A DNA stretch of 64,000 bases, taken from positions 10,439 through 74,438 of the forward strand of contig JAOASJ010000119.1 of assembly GCA_030158725.1 (NCBI GenBank), in the 5' to 3' direction. The position numbers and the translations under genes were made by a program. Below are positions 38,180 to 48,291 of the stretch, one piece after another. Within the stretch, counting starts at the first letter, position 1. Every line of letters starts with the position of its first letter. The stretch is from Bacteroidia bacterium. GTDB taxonomy: Bacteria; Bacteroidota; Bacteroidia; NS11-12g; UBA955. The notes below the pieces were generated by a model. It saw nothing but the letters and a program-made list of their open reading frames with translations. It was not told the origin of the DNA and searched no databases.

Positions 38180-38231
38180 ACTGCAATGATAAATATTTAT
38201 TCAACAAAAAGCATACTTGCAATTGAAGAAT

Positions 38232-38264
38232 AATACACCTGCTAAGCTAGTTAGCAGGTGTATT
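38232..38264 (-). terminator. 14-bp hairpin just downstream of the RND operon
   Basis: AATACACCTGCTAA-GCTAG-TTAGCAGGTGTATT, 7 nt after the RND stop; the U-tract is imperfect. Confidence 0.6.
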
Positions 38265-38271
38265 GTTTAAA

Positions 38272-41200
38272 TTAATGGTCTAAATCTCCAAAATCTATTT
38301 TCTCACCTTTGATTCTCAAAACCAATCCTAAAATCATAATTAAGAAAGGAACATAAATTAAAGGAGTAGGCAAGTCAAAATGATTTAATATTATGATGGA
38401 CTTTCTTTTTAGTCTTTCTGTAATTAAATACATTGAAGGTATTAATAACAAGGTAAGAACCGTTGCGAACAATAGACCGAAAATCATAGTCCAGCTTAAA
38501 GGTCCAAAGAATGCAACACTATCGCCACCAAAGAATATTTTAGGGTCAAAGTGGGTAAACAAAGTCTCGAAATTTATATTTAAACCGACAGCTAAAGGAA
38601 TCAAACCAAGTATTGCAGCAGTTGCTGTTAAAATTACTGGAGTCATACGTGTTCTTCCTGCTTCAACAGTAGCTTCATACAAGCTCATGCCACCAGCGCG
38701 GGAGTATTCTGCGAACTCAACCAGCAATATACCATTCCTAACTACTATACCACCAAGTGCCACGATTCCAATACCGGTCATTACAATACTCATATCCATT
38801 TTAAAGATTGCAACACCAAGTAGCACACCAATAATACTAAAGATAATTTCAGATAAGATGATTAGAGGTTTGCCTATTGAGTTGAACAAACCAACCAATA
38901 CCAGCATCATTAAACCAATCGCAGTTAACATGGCATTGCCAAGGAAACTCATAGTTTCTTGTTGTTCTTCTTTGTCACCAGCAAATTTCACCACAACATT
39001 ACCTGTTGGTTTAAATTTGTCCATCGCAACTTGAACTTTAGCAACTACTTCATTAGGATTAAAACCTTCTTTTACATCAGAAGAAATGGTGATGACACGT
39101 TTGTCGTTTTTACGTTTAATACCGGCATAAGTATAATCATAACGAATGTCGCAAACTGAAGAAATAGGAACACTTCTAACAACACCACCCATGGTCATGT
39201 CTCTATAAGTTATTTTTAAGTTTCTTATGGTTTCAATATCCATTCTTTGATCTGCTTGATAGCGCAATTGAATTGGATATTCATCGTCTACATCTCTAAA
39301 TTTAGAAGCTTCTACGCCGTAAACAGCACCTCTTATTTCCATTGCTAATTGGGCAGCTGAAAGTCCTTCTCTCAATGCACGTTCGCGGTCGATGTCAAAA
39401 ACAATTTCTGGCTTGTTGCTTACAAAATCTGATTTGAGGTTTGCAATACCATCAATTTTTGCATCGGTAAGGAATTTCTTTAATGCATTTGAATTTCTAA
39501 CTAAATCGTTGAAGTCTTCACCAATAATTTCTAAAGAAACTGGCTTAGGTGTTGGAGGTCCACTTTTTTCTTTGTTAACAACAATTTCAGCAGCAGGGAT
39601 ATCCCATTTTAGCTCTTGTAGTTTTTTCAAATAAGTACTTGTTGATTCTCCATTCCTTTCCGAGAATTCAACAAAAGCAATAGCAATTTTACCTTTGTTA
39701 GGATAAGCGTTTTGGTCTCCATCTTGTGGGTCTGTTACACCAATAGTAACGTTGCTGACCATTGATTCAACAATGGGATTATCTTTGCCAATAACACTGT
39801 TTACTTTGGTTTCAACCTGACGCATAACGGTATTGGTAACAGCGGGGTCGGTACCTTCTGGTAATTTTACATATACATATAAATTATTAGGATCGCTGTC
39901 TGGGAAGAATACCACTTTAGGACCTCTTGCCACAAAGAACATTATTGATAAAATAAATGTTACAAAAACAGCAAAAAGAGGCATCCAAGGTTTTTTCAAA
40001 CACCAAACCAATACTTTAGTATAGCCATTGATAAATCCAGGCCAGATGTTATTCTGCCAAGCATTGATAACTTTGTATAACCATAAGCGGTTTAACACTA
40101 AAAATAAAGCTAAGAAGATGGTAAAGTTTCCGATTCCAATATTTCCACTTGCATAAGAAACTAAAGCGATAATGCCATAAATAGCCAAACGCATTAAAGT
40201 CTTTTTATTTAGTTTGCCATAGTTCTTGTTTTCTTCTTCTTTGGTCTTCATAAAGTCAACCGCAAAAACAGGGTTAATGATATAAGCAACGAATAGTGAA
40301 GCAAGAAGTGAAATGATAAGGGTTACTGGAAGGAAGTACATGAACTTACCAATAATACCACCCCAAAATGCTAGTGGAATAAATGGAGCTAATGTGGTAA
40401 TGGTTCCTGATAGTACTGGCATAAACACTTCACCAACAGCCATTTTAGCAGCCGTTTTAATGTCTCGTTTTCCGTCTCCAAACAACCTATGTGTATTTTC
40501 TATTACAACAATGGCATCGTCCACTACAATTCCTAATGCAAGAATGAAAGAGAACAATACAATCATGTTGAAAGAGAAGTCAATACTCGGCATTACTAAG
40601 AAAGCAATGAACATTGATAAAGGTACTGATAAGGCAACAAACAATGCATTGGTAACACCCATGAAAAACATCAAAACAATGGTAACCAAAATAAAACCAA
40701 TAATAATGGTATTTATCAAGTCATGAAGCATGGTTTTGGTCTTGGTGCTTTGGTCGCCAGTTACAGTAATATCTAGGCCTTGAGGGAATTCAGTAACTTT
40801 CATTTCCTCAATTACTTTTTTGATTTTTTCAGACGCTTCAATTAAGTTTTCACCAGAACGTTTAATGATGTTAAGTGTGATAACATTTTTTCCGCTACTG
40901 CTAGAATAACTTTCTTTTTCTTTGAAACCGTCAACTACCTGTGCAAAATCTCTAATGAAAAGTCTTGCGCCTGATTGAGAGGTAACTACAATATCTTCAA
41001 TTTCTTTTGGATTCTGGAATTCACTCTTAATACTTAAGGTTGGTTTCATTCCATTTAATGGAACAGTACCACCTGTTATTGTTAAGTTTTCTTGGCTGAT
41101 AGCTCTTTGAACATCACCAATGGTTAATTGTGCAGCTTGCAATTTATATGCATCAATGTTGACTTGGATTTCGCGCTCTAAAGCCCCAATGATTTTAACT

Positions 41201-41736
41201 TCATTGATTTCACTTAACCCTTCAATTCTGTCACCTAGGTCATCAGCATATTTTTTCAATTCTTTTAAATCAAAATTACCTGCAACATTGATGTACATGA
41301 TTGGAATTTCAGAGAAAGCAATTTCTTTGATCATAGGCTCTCTGGTCAAAGTAGATGGCATATCGCCTCTAGCCTCATCAACTGCATCTTTAACTTTTTG
41401 TTTTGCAACGCTTACGTTTACGTCGGTATGGAATTCAACCACAATAACCGAAACGTCTTGCATTGAAGTACTATTGAATTTTTTAACACCAGAAATCGCT
41501 TTTAATCTTTTTTCGATTGGTTTGGTAATGGTGTTTTCAATGTTTGTAGGAGAGTTACCACCATTAATTGTACTGATGTAAATGGTAGGAACAGTAATGT
41601 CAGGGAAATTCTCTTTCGGAAGAGAATTATACGCCATGATACCAGCTAACGATATAAAAATCGTTATTAAGTAAATGGTTATTTTATTGTCAATGGCCCA
41701 ACTAGAGGGTTTAAATTCTTTTATTTTATCTAACAT
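38272..41736 (-). CDS. RND efflux transporter permease (AcrB/HAE family)
   Basis: KENFPDI..P, two periplasmic halves, GIVVDDAIVVIE, P......TT...F.PL, GIVVRNGILLVEF, R..PVILTA. Confidence 0.95.
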   Translation of the reverse strand: MLDKIKEFKPSSWAIDNKITIYLITIFISLAGIMAYNSLPKENFPDITVPTIYISTINGGNSPTNIENTITKPIEKRLKAISGVKKFNSTSMQDVSVIVVEFHTDVNVSVAKQKVKDAVDEARGDMPSTLTREPMIKEIAFSEIPIMYINVAGNFDLKELKKYADDLGDRIEGLSEINEVKIIGALEREIQVNIDAYKLQAAQLTIGDVQRAISQENLTITGGTVPLNGMKPTLSIKSEFQNPKEIEDIVVTSQSGARLFIRDFAQVVDGFKEKESYSSSSGKNVITLNIIKRSGENLIEASEKIKKVIEEMKVTEFPQGLDITVTGDQSTKTKTMLHDLINTIIIGFILVTIVLMFFMGVTNALFVALSVPLSMFIAFLVMPSIDFSFNMIVLFSFILALGIVVDDAIVVIENTHRLFGDGKRDIKTAAKMAVGEVFMPVLSGTITTLAPFIPLAFWGGIIGKFMYFLPVTLIISLLASLFVAYIINPVFAVDFMKTKEEENKNYGKLNKKTLMRLAIYGIIALVSYASGNIGIGNFTIFLALFLVLNRLWLYKVINAWQNNIWPGFINGYTKVLVWCLKKPWMPLFAVFVTFILSIMFFVARGPKVVFFPDSDPNNLYVYVKLPEGTDPAVTNTVMRQVETKVNSVIGKDNPIVESMVSNVTIGVTDPQDGDQNAYPNKGKIAIAFVEFSERNGESTSTYLKKLQELKWDIPAAEIVVNKEKSGPPTPKPVSLEIIGEDFNDLVRNSNALKKFLTDAKIDGIANLKSDFVSNKPEIVFDIDRERALREGLSAAQLAMEIRGAVYGVEASKFRDVDDEYPIQLRYQADQRMDIETIRNLKITYRDMTMGGVVRSVPISSVCDIRYDYTYAGIKRKNDKRVITISSDVKEGFNPNEVVAKVQVAMDKFKPTGNVVVKFAGDKEEQQETMSFLGNAMLTAIGLMMLVLVGLFNSIGKPLIILSEIIFSIIGVLLGVAIFKMDMSIVMTGIGIVALGGIVVRNGILLVEFAEYSRAGGMSLYEATVEAGRTRMTPVILTATAAILGLIPLAVGLNINFETLFTHFDPKIFFGGDSVAFFGPLSWTMIFGLLFATVLTLLLIPSMYLITERLKRKSIIILNHFDLPTPLIYVPFLIMILGLVLRIKGEKIDFGDLDH

Positions 41737-41782
41737 AAAAATGTTTGTTTATTGCACATTAAGTGCGAGCAAATGGACTAAA

Positions 41783-42898
41783 TTATTTTTTAAGGATGAT
41801 TTTTTCGCCATCATTAACTAAATCGTAACCTTCAGTTATTAGCATATCACCTTCTTTTAATCCTTCTGAAATTTCAGCCAATCCATTGTATTCTTTGCTA
41901 ATTACAATTGCACGTTTAACTGCAATTCCATTTTCTGCAACAAGAACAAATGATTCTTCTATGCCTTTTTGGATATATTTAACTGGAACGATGATTTGAG
42001 GTTTGCTTGATTGGTAATCGTTGATTTTTAATTTAGCAACCATATTTGGGTGGTATTTTTGACTATTTGGCAACAATATCTCTACGGTGAAAGTTCTGGT
42101 CATGTTGTTGATAGCTCTAGTAGCATAATTAATTTTTCCAGCAATAGAATCGTTGATGTCAGGGAAATAAATCATTACTTGATTTCCAGTTTTAACACGC
42201 AAAGAATAGCTTTCAGCTAGTTCAGCTTTTACCTTTAAGTTAGAGAAATTTACAACATTAATTGCAGCCATTCCTGGGCTAACCATTTGGGCAATTTTAA
42301 TATTTACAGCATCAACAGTACCGCTAATTGGTGAAATGATTTTGCTCATTCTTAATTGCTCATTCAAAGCACCTAATTTTTTCTCTAAACTTTCTTTAGT
42401 GGTTTTAGATTGTAAGTACTGAATTTCAGTGCCAATGTTTTGTTTCCATAAGTTTTGTTGTCTTTGGAAAACTTGTTTTGCAAGTTCTAAATTGGTTTCT
42501 AAATCAGAAATTTGTTGCAAAATTGCATTTGCATCTGTTTCAGCAAGCACTTGACCTTTTCTAACTTCATCTCCAACTTTTACATTTATTCTTGTAATTA
42601 AACCAGGCATTTGAGTTGACAATGAAACATTTTCATCTGCATCAACACGGCCTTGAACTTCAATATAAGTTTTGAAATTATTAAGGGTTAATTGAGTAGT
42701 CTTAATTTCTAATGATTCTTCAATTTTTTTAGTTGTGTCAAGCTTAGCAATTTCTAACTCTAGTTTTGAAATTTTGTCTTGAGTTTCCTTAAGTGTAGTT
42801 TTTAGTTTTTCTAATTCTTTTTTCTTTTGGTCTAAAGAATTGCTGCCGCAAGCTGTAAATAAAATTGCAACGATGGCAATGTGGATTATGGTCTTCAT
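41783..42898 (-). CDS. RND periplasmic adaptor (membrane fusion protein), lipoprotein
   Basis: Lipobox FTAC, coiled coil, biotinyl-lipoyl-like VKVGDEV.KGQVL, I.SPISG.V, GL..GD..I..G. Confidence 0.92.
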   Translation of the reverse strand: MKTIIHIAIVAILFTACGSNSLDQKKKELEKLKTTLKETQDKISKLELEIAKLDTTKKIEESLEIKTTQLTLNNFKTYIEVQGRVDADENVSLSTQMPGLITRINVKVGDEVRKGQVLAETDANAILQQISDLETNLELAKQVFQRQQNLWKQNIGTEIQYLQSKTTKESLEKKLGALNEQLRMSKIISPISGTVDAVNIKIAQMVSPGMAAINVVNFSNLKVKAELAESYSLRVKTGNQVMIYFPDINDSIAGKINYATRAINNMTRTFTVEILLPNSQKYHPNMVAKLKINDYQSSKPQIIVPVKYIQKGIEESFVLVAENGIAVKRAIVISKEYNGLAEISEGLKEGDMLITEGYDLVNDGEKIILKK

Positions 42899-42924
42899 TT
42901 GAATGAATGGTTATTTATATTGAA

Positions 42925-44283
42925 TTATAGTTTAATTGATTGTCCTAGCGCAACTTGGAAATCTAGTTTAGCAACCAATAGGTCATAAACAGCGCTTAAG
43001 TAATTTGTTTGGGTTGTTTTAAGGTCCTGTATAGAGGTTGTAAGTTCTAAATTACTTCCTACACCTTCATTGTATTTTATGTTGGTGATGTTTACAATTC
43101 TCTTTGCAAGCTCTAAATTTTCTGTTTGTTGAACAACATATTCCATAGCTCTTAGGTATTTCAGCTTGGTTTGTTGAACTTCAAGATCAATTAGGTTTTC
43201 AACTTTATAGATGGTGTTTTCTGTTTTGAGTTGTTGGATTTTGGCCTTTTGGATTTTTGCATCATTTGAAAATCCACTGAAAAGTGGGATATTGGCTTGA
43301 AGTGCTAAAAATGAGTTACCGTACCAGTTGCTGTAATCTATTTTTTCTCCAAAATTACTTTGTTGAACAGTGAAGGCTGCAGCAAGATTTGGCAATTTGC
43401 CATATTGGTATCTCTTTACATCGTATTTATTAAGAACCAATTGTTGTTTTAAGATTTGATAATCTGAGCGTTTGTTTAGGTCAACAGTAACTGAAGTGTC
43501 TGCAACATTAAATCTATTATTCAAGTCACTAATATTGTCACTTAATTTAATGTTGATGTTTTGATCTAATCCAATTTTTGATTTTAATAAACCAATAACG
43601 ATAATGTATTGATCTTTTAATTTTTGCTTGCTTATTTCTAGATTGTTTAATTGTAATCTAATTCTATCAACATCAAGTGATTCTGTAAATCCTTCTTTAT
43701 TTAAAGCTTTTACTTGGGTATAGGTTTTAGATAAAGTTTGATATGATGTATTTAAAAGACTGATGTTTTCATTAGCGATTAAAGCTAAAAAATAAGTTTT
43801 TGCAACATCAATTTTAATATCAGCTTCTGTTTTTGTAGCAATTCTCTTAGATAAGCCGGTAAATTCTTTTGCTGCTTTTAGTCCTAAAAAGTAAGTGCCA
43901 TCTAATAGCAACCATGAAAAGTTTAATGCAGCTTGGGTAGTGTAAGTATTACCAATTCTGATTGGGGTAGCTACACCATTAACAGGAAATACAAATACTT
44001 GTTTTTGAATCGCATCCTGAAAGTTGATTTGACCTCTGACTTGCGGAATACCGATTGCTTTTACTTCTTTAACAGTTTGATCTGCAATTGCAATATCTGC
44101 ATATGCATTTTTTAGATCAGGGTTGTTAGTCATTGCATAATCAATGGCTTGACTTAAGGTCATAGACATGGTGTCAGTCGATTTGTTTTGGGCAAAGGCG
44201 CCTAAACTAAACAAGAATGAACAAACCAATGCTAAAGAACTGAGTCCTTTTTGATTTTTCTTGGGGTATTTAAGGGAATACAT
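42925..44283 (-). CDS. TolC-family outer-membrane efflux channel
   Basis: Signal peptide AFA|Q, LSQAIDYA..NN, two OEP repeats, IPLFSGF, Y.EG.G..LEL. Confidence 0.92.
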   Translation of the reverse strand: MYSLKYPKKNQKGLSSLALVCSFLFSLGAFAQNKSTDTMSMTLSQAIDYAMTNNPDLKNAYADIAIADQTVKEVKAIGIPQVRGQINFQDAIQKQVFVFPVNGVATPIRIGNTYTTQAALNFSWLLLDGTYFLGLKAAKEFTGLSKRIATKTEADIKIDVAKTYFLALIANENISLLNTSYQTLSKTYTQVKALNKEGFTESLDVDRIRLQLNNLEISKQKLKDQYIIVIGLLKSKIGLDQNINIKLSDNISDLNNRFNVADTSVTVDLNKRSDYQILKQQLVLNKYDVKRYQYGKLPNLAAAFTVQQSNFGEKIDYSNWYGNSFLALQANIPLFSGFSNDAKIQKAKIQQLKTENTIYKVENLIDLEVQQTKLKYLRAMEYVVQQTENLELAKRIVNITNIKYNEGVGSNLELTTSIQDLKTTQTNYLSAVYDLLVAKLDFQVALGQSIKL

Positions 44284-44299
44284 ATAGTAAGTTGTTTTA

Positions 44300-44920
44300 T
44301 TAAATGCTTGTGTTTTCTAAATTATTAACTTTTAAGTTCATTTTCATGAATTCTATTCCATCTGGGGAACAAATAGAATTGAGGTGGTACTGCACTAAAT
44401 AGGCGTATTTCTCCGAAAATGGTATATTAGAAATAATACCAATTTCGCTGCTTATACATTGATCGATTAGAGCCATATAAAAACCTGTACAAAGGTTAAT
44501 ATTAATATCCTTTTTGTACATGCCTTGCAAAATACCCAAATTAAGGTTTTCTATAAGTTGTGTTTGTATTGTTTTTTCGCGGTGCTCAGTGAATGAGGTG
44601 TAAGTTTCGGGATGGTACTTTTTTAAGTCAAACAATAAACTTGGATTCATCTCTTTGTGAAGTCCAATCATCATATTTGCAATTCTTAATATTTGAAGAA
44701 TGGCATTTTCTTCAGACTTAAATACATTTCTACATAATGAATCCATTGATTCTATATGTAAAAGGAGTGTTTTTTTAACTAAATCATCTTTATCTGCAAC
44801 GTATTGATAAAGCGTTTTTTTGGACATGCTAAGCTCTTTAGCAACATCATCCATTGTAATGCTTTTTATGCCATAACGCATAAATAGTTTCTCTGTGGTA
44901 TTGCAAATTTTTGATAACAT
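44300..44920 (-). CDS. TetR/AcrR-family regulator heading the efflux operon
   Basis: LF.RYGIKSITMDDVAKELSMSKKTLYQY..DKDDLV. Confidence 0.92.
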   Translation of the reverse strand: MLSKICNTTEKLFMRYGIKSITMDDVAKELSMSKKTLYQYVADKDDLVKKTLLLHIESMDSLCRNVFKSEENAILQILRIANMMIGLHKEMNPSLLFDLKKYHPETYTSFTEHREKTIQTQLIENLNLGILQGMYKKDININLCTGFYMALIDQCISSEIGIISNIPFSEKYAYLVQYHLNSICSPDGIEFMKMNLKVNNLENTSI

Positions 44921-44955
44921 GGTTAAACCGGCCGCGAAATAAATAAATAAACTCC

Positions 44956-44983
44956 GGAAACAAAAATAATCTTCAAAGTTTCC
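44956..44983. promoter_or_regulatory. Candidate TetR operator (GGAAAC-N16-GTTTCC)
   Basis: Inverted repeat 36 nt upstream of the tetR ATG, overlapping a minus-strand TTTG (-33-like) at 44961-44964. Confidence 0.45.
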
Positions 44984-45156
44984 ACCTTTTATGGATGAAA
45001 TGCTAAAATGTGGCGATGAACTATTTTTTCAAAGACTAAAACGGGGGTTGTTTTAATTTAGTGCTGGATGTTCAAAGACATAAAATTGTAATATTTTTCT
45101 CAATAATGGGTAGTTAATTGGAATAGATGTAATATTGCCTGCATCATATTAATTCA

Positions 45157-45543
45157 ATGAGTAAAACTATTGCAGAGCTTGTAAATATTAAAGTTGAAAC
45201 TAAATTTAGTGAATTGCAAAGCGATGTGGAAAATGGCATGTACTTTTTTAGCTACCACATTTTAATTGAAAACAATAGCGATCATACAATACAACTGGTT
45301 TACAGAAAGTGGAATATTACCGATAGTAATGGTGAAAATAGATTTGTTGAAGGGGAAGGCGTTGTAGGTGAAAAGCCCATACTTTGTAGTGGAGAATTTT
45401 ATGATTACTATTCAGGTTGTGTATTGCAAACTGGGGTTGGTAGAATGAGTGGGTCGTATATTTTTCGTTTGCAAGACGCAGGTGGTCATTTTGAAGTTCC
45501 AATTCCAGAATTTAATTTAATCTTACCTTGGGTCTTGAATTAG
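45157..45543 (+). CDS. apaG: ApaG domain protein
   Basis: F.Y.I.IEN.S..TIQL..R.W.ITD, V.GEGVVGEKP.L, SG..L.T..G.M.G.Y. Confidence 0.92.
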   Translation: MSKTIAELVNIKVETKFSELQSDVENGMYFFSYHILIENNSDHTIQLVYRKWNITDSNGENRFVEGEGVVGEKPILCSGEFYDYYSGCVLQTGVGRMSGSYIFRLQDAGGHFEVPIPEFNLILPWVLN

Positions 45544-45564
45544 GCATAAACACAAATCTCTTCT

Positions 45565-45572
45565 TATCTTTG
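45565..45572 (+). promoter_or_regulatory. -7 element (TATCTTTG), 5 nt before the ATG
   Basis: Exact consensus followed by CAGCA-ATG. Confidence 0.7.
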
Positions 45573-45577
45573 CAGCA

Positions 45578-46555
45578 ATGAGGATATTATTAGTTTCATT
45601 TCTGTTTTTATTTTTAATTTCTTGTAACAATCAAGCATCAAAAACCAATAATTCGGAAGCTGTTGATACAAGTCAAGTTATTGAGCCAACTCCAAGTAGG
45701 GTTTTTAATGAAGACTCAGCTTATCTGCATGTATTAAATCAGGTGAATTTTGGACCACGCGTACCTGGTACAAAAACGCATAAGCAATGTTTTGACTATT
45801 TCGTTAAGGTTTTAAGGCCTCTTGCAGACACCTTGTATTTGCAATATTCAACGACAACAACTTATGACAAAAAGATAATTCCTGTAATGAATGTCATAGC
45901 TTCCTTTAATCCAGCGGCGAGCAAAAGAATATTATTGTGTGCGCATTGGGATACTAGACCTTTTGCTGACCAAGATGTGAAAGACAAAGACAAACCAATT
46001 TTAGGTGCTAATGACGGTGCTAGTGGGGTTGGGATTTTAATTGAAATAGCATCTGCCTTGAAAAAGCAGCCGGTTGATATAGGGGTAGATATTGTTTTGT
46101 TTGATGCAGAAGATTGGGGAGATAATTCAGGTGAAGTTGAGGATAGTTATTGTTTAGGGTCACAGTATTGGGCTAAAAATCCACATATTGCATCTTACAA
46201 GGCTGACTTTGGAATCTTGTTGGATATGGTTGGTGCTCCAAATGCTGTTTTTGGATTTGAAGGATACAGTTTGGCAGAAGCACAGACCTATTTATCAATG
46301 GTTTGGTCGAGTGCCAACAATGCCGGTTATTCTAATTATTTCAAGAATTTTGAAAGAGGTTATGTTACAGATGACCATGTATATGTGATGAAACATCTTA
46401 AGATTCCTATGATTGATATTATTGATTGTGATGTAAATACTGCAAGCCATTTTGGAAAGTATTGGCATACACACAATGATAACATGGATGCTATTGATAA
46501 AAAAACATTAAAGGCTGTTGGACAGACTTTGTTAAATGTTTTAAGTACTTATTAG
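45578..46555 (+). CDS. M28-fold lipoprotein, probable Bacteroidota glutaminyl cyclase
   Basis: Lipobox LISC, FGPRVP, AHWDTRP.AD, GANDGASG, FDAEDWG, LLDMVG, DDH, WHT..D. Confidence 0.75.
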   Translation: MRILLVSFLFLFLISCNNQASKTNNSEAVDTSQVIEPTPSRVFNEDSAYLHVLNQVNFGPRVPGTKTHKQCFDYFVKVLRPLADTLYLQYSTTTTYDKKIIPVMNVIASFNPAASKRILLCAHWDTRPFADQDVKDKDKPILGANDGASGVGILIEIASALKKQPVDIGVDIVLFDAEDWGDNSGEVEDSYCLGSQYWAKNPHIASYKADFGILLDMVGAPNAVFGFEGYSLAEAQTYLSMVWSSANNAGYSNYFKNFERGYVTDDHVYVMKHLKIPMIDIIDCDVNTASHFGKYWHTHNDNMDAIDKKTLKAVGQTLLNVLSTY

Positions 46556-47415
46556 AGCAATTGAGGCAAACCACCAGTGTGAATACACAGTATTTTGTCT
46601 GTAGGTTTAAAAAAGCCTTTGGAAATAAAATCTTGCACTGCCATCATCATTTTTGCAGTGTATACAAACTCTAGTTGTATGCCAGTCTCGGCAAGAAATT
46701 TTTCTATAAAATCAGCCAATTCGATATCGTTTTTAGCATATTTTCCTCTATGGTAATTGTGTTCAATTTGCCAACTGCTTGCTGGGAATTGTGACATGAT
46801 TTCATCCAATTCAAAATTGTTTTTTAAGCTGCTGATACCAATAACTTTTGTCTTGAGGTTTTGTTTTACACATTCACCTACAAGGCCTTCCATAGTAGTT
46901 CCTGTTCCCAAAGCTAGAAAAATGTAATCGTAATCTTTTTGCAAATCATTTAAGATTTCAGCGCAGCCCAATAAGGCCAAAGGGTGTCTTCCACCTTCAC
47001 CAACAAAAAAAGCTTTTGGATTGCTCATTTTGTATTCTTCGAACAGTTGTTTTTTGTCTTTGTAGGCAGTTCGATCAACATGTACTAAAGTCATGTTGTT
47101 TTCTAGACAAGTTTTTTCAAAGGCATTGGCATCTCTAGGTTCATTTCCTCTTACAAAACCTAAAGTATGTATGCCAAATAAATTACCTGCAACGGCAGTA
47201 GCCACAAGATGGTTGCTATATGCTCCACCAAAAGTCACTAAGGTTTGACTTTTATCTTTGGCAATGTTTTCTACTATATATTTTAGTTTACGCCACTTAT
47301 TACCTGAAATAATTGGGTGAATAAGATCATCTCTTAAAATATCTATTTGTAATTCATCGCCAAATCCAGAAAACTTGAGAGGTTCAACATGGCTTTTGTT
47401 TATTGGCAAATTCAT
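46552..47415 (-). CDS. PLP-dependent ACC deaminase / D-cysteine desulfhydrase family protein
   Basis: RDDLIHP.ISGNKWRKLKY, TFGGAYSNH, GTG.T..GL, YTAK, HTGG. Confidence 0.88.
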   Translation of the reverse strand: MNLPINKSHVEPLKFSGFGDELQIDILRDDLIHPIISGNKWRKLKYIVENIAKDKSQTLVTFGGAYSNHLVATAVAGNLFGIHTLGFVRGNEPRDANAFEKTCLENNMTLVHVDRTAYKDKKQLFEEYKMSNPKAFFVGEGGRHPLALLGCAEILNDLQKDYDYIFLALGTGTTMEGLVGECVKQNLKTKVIGISSLKNNFELDEIMSQFPASSWQIEHNYHRGKYAKNDIELADFIEKFLAETGIQLEFVYTAKMMMAVQDFISKGFFKPTDKILCIHTGGLPQLL

Positions 47416-47423
47416 TTATGATG

Positions 47424-47431
47424 CAAAAATA
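47424..47431 (-). promoter_or_regulatory. -7 element (TATTTTTG), 8 nt before the ATG
   Basis: Exact consensus on the minus strand. Confidence 0.6.
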
Positions 47432-47465
47432 ACAAATCCATATATCACATTAAACATTCATTGCT

Positions 47466-47473
47466 TAGCTTTG
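47466..47473 (+). promoter_or_regulatory. -7 element (TAGCTTTG), 8 nt before the patatin ATG
   Basis: Exact consensus; overlaps the track's upstream TTG start. Confidence 0.6.
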
Positions 47474-47481
47474 CTCGTCAT

Positions 47482-48249
47482 ATGTTAAAAATTGGTTTGG
47501 TTTTATCGGGCGGAGGCGTAAGAGGCATGGCTCATTTAGGTGTCTTAAAAGCATTAGATGAGTTGGGCGTTGAGATTTCTGCGATATCAGGAACAAGTGC
47601 AGGTGCCATAGTTGGTGCGTTTTATTCAGCCGGGTACAAGCCAGAAGAAATTTTAAATATTGCTAAGACCCAAAAGTTTTTCGGGTTCTCGAACTTGCTT
47701 TTTGGGAAAGCAGGATTATTTAATATGCAGGCTTTTGAGTCCGTGTATAAAAATTATTTCCCCCATAACAGTATTGAAAAATTAAACATACCAATGACTA
47801 TAACAGCTACAGATATAGTGAAAGGAGAGATTCATTATTTTTCAAAAGGGGATTTATCAAAAGCACTATTGGCAAGTTCTTGTGTTCCACTGGTGTTTGA
47901 ACCAGTTAAAATTGAAAACACCATTATGATGGATGGAGGAATCTTAAATAATTTTCCAGTAGAGCCTTTGCTTTCTAAAAGCGATTTAATAATAGGTGTA
48001 AATGTAAATGCGATAAGTCAAAATTTTGAACAAATTCACATGAAGGATATGTTGGATAGAAGTTTTCATATTGCGATGAAAGGTGCTATACAAGATAAAG
48101 TAAAATATTGTAATGTTTTTATAGAACCGGAGAATATGAGTCGATTTGGAATGTTTGATTTATCAAAAATTGATGAGATTTATTCGGAGGGGTATAATTG
48201 TGCCAAGCGATTAAGTAATGATATAAAGCAAATTTGCCTATCAAAGTAA
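47482..48249 (+). CDS. Patatin-like phospholipase
   Basis: LSGGGVRG..HLG, GTSAG nucleophile, DGG. Start moved to ATG 47482. Confidence 0.92.
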   Translation: MLKIGLVLSGGGVRGMAHLGVLKALDELGVEISAISGTSAGAIVGAFYSAGYKPEEILNIAKTQKFFGFSNLLFGKAGLFNMQAFESVYKNYFPHNSIEKLNIPMTITATDIVKGEIHYFSKGDLSKALLASSCVPLVFEPVKIENTIMMDGGILNNFPVEPLLSKSDLIIGVNVNAISQNFEQIHMKDMLDRSFHIAMKGAIQDKVKYCNVFIEPENMSRFGMFDLSKIDEIYSEGYNCAKRLSNDIKQICLSK

Positions 48250-48291
48250 TTGATTTGCAGATTCGCTAAAATTTAAGTTGGTTTGCAGTAT

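Noticed and set aside
38700-38760. Arg at the position of AcrB Lys940 in the RND proton relay (GIVVRNG)
   Set aside because: Conservative change, the Asp-Asp pair is intact, and such variation is expected in this family.
38393-39034. 213-aa plus-strand ORF
   Set aside because: Fully antisense to the RND gene; no start context or motifs. Long antisense frames are expected opposite hydrophobic, codon-biased genes.
44991-45056. 21-codon ORF (MDEMLKCGDELFFQRLKRGLF) in the largest intergenic gap
   Set aside because: No -7 element upstream and no family resemblance; length is expected by chance.
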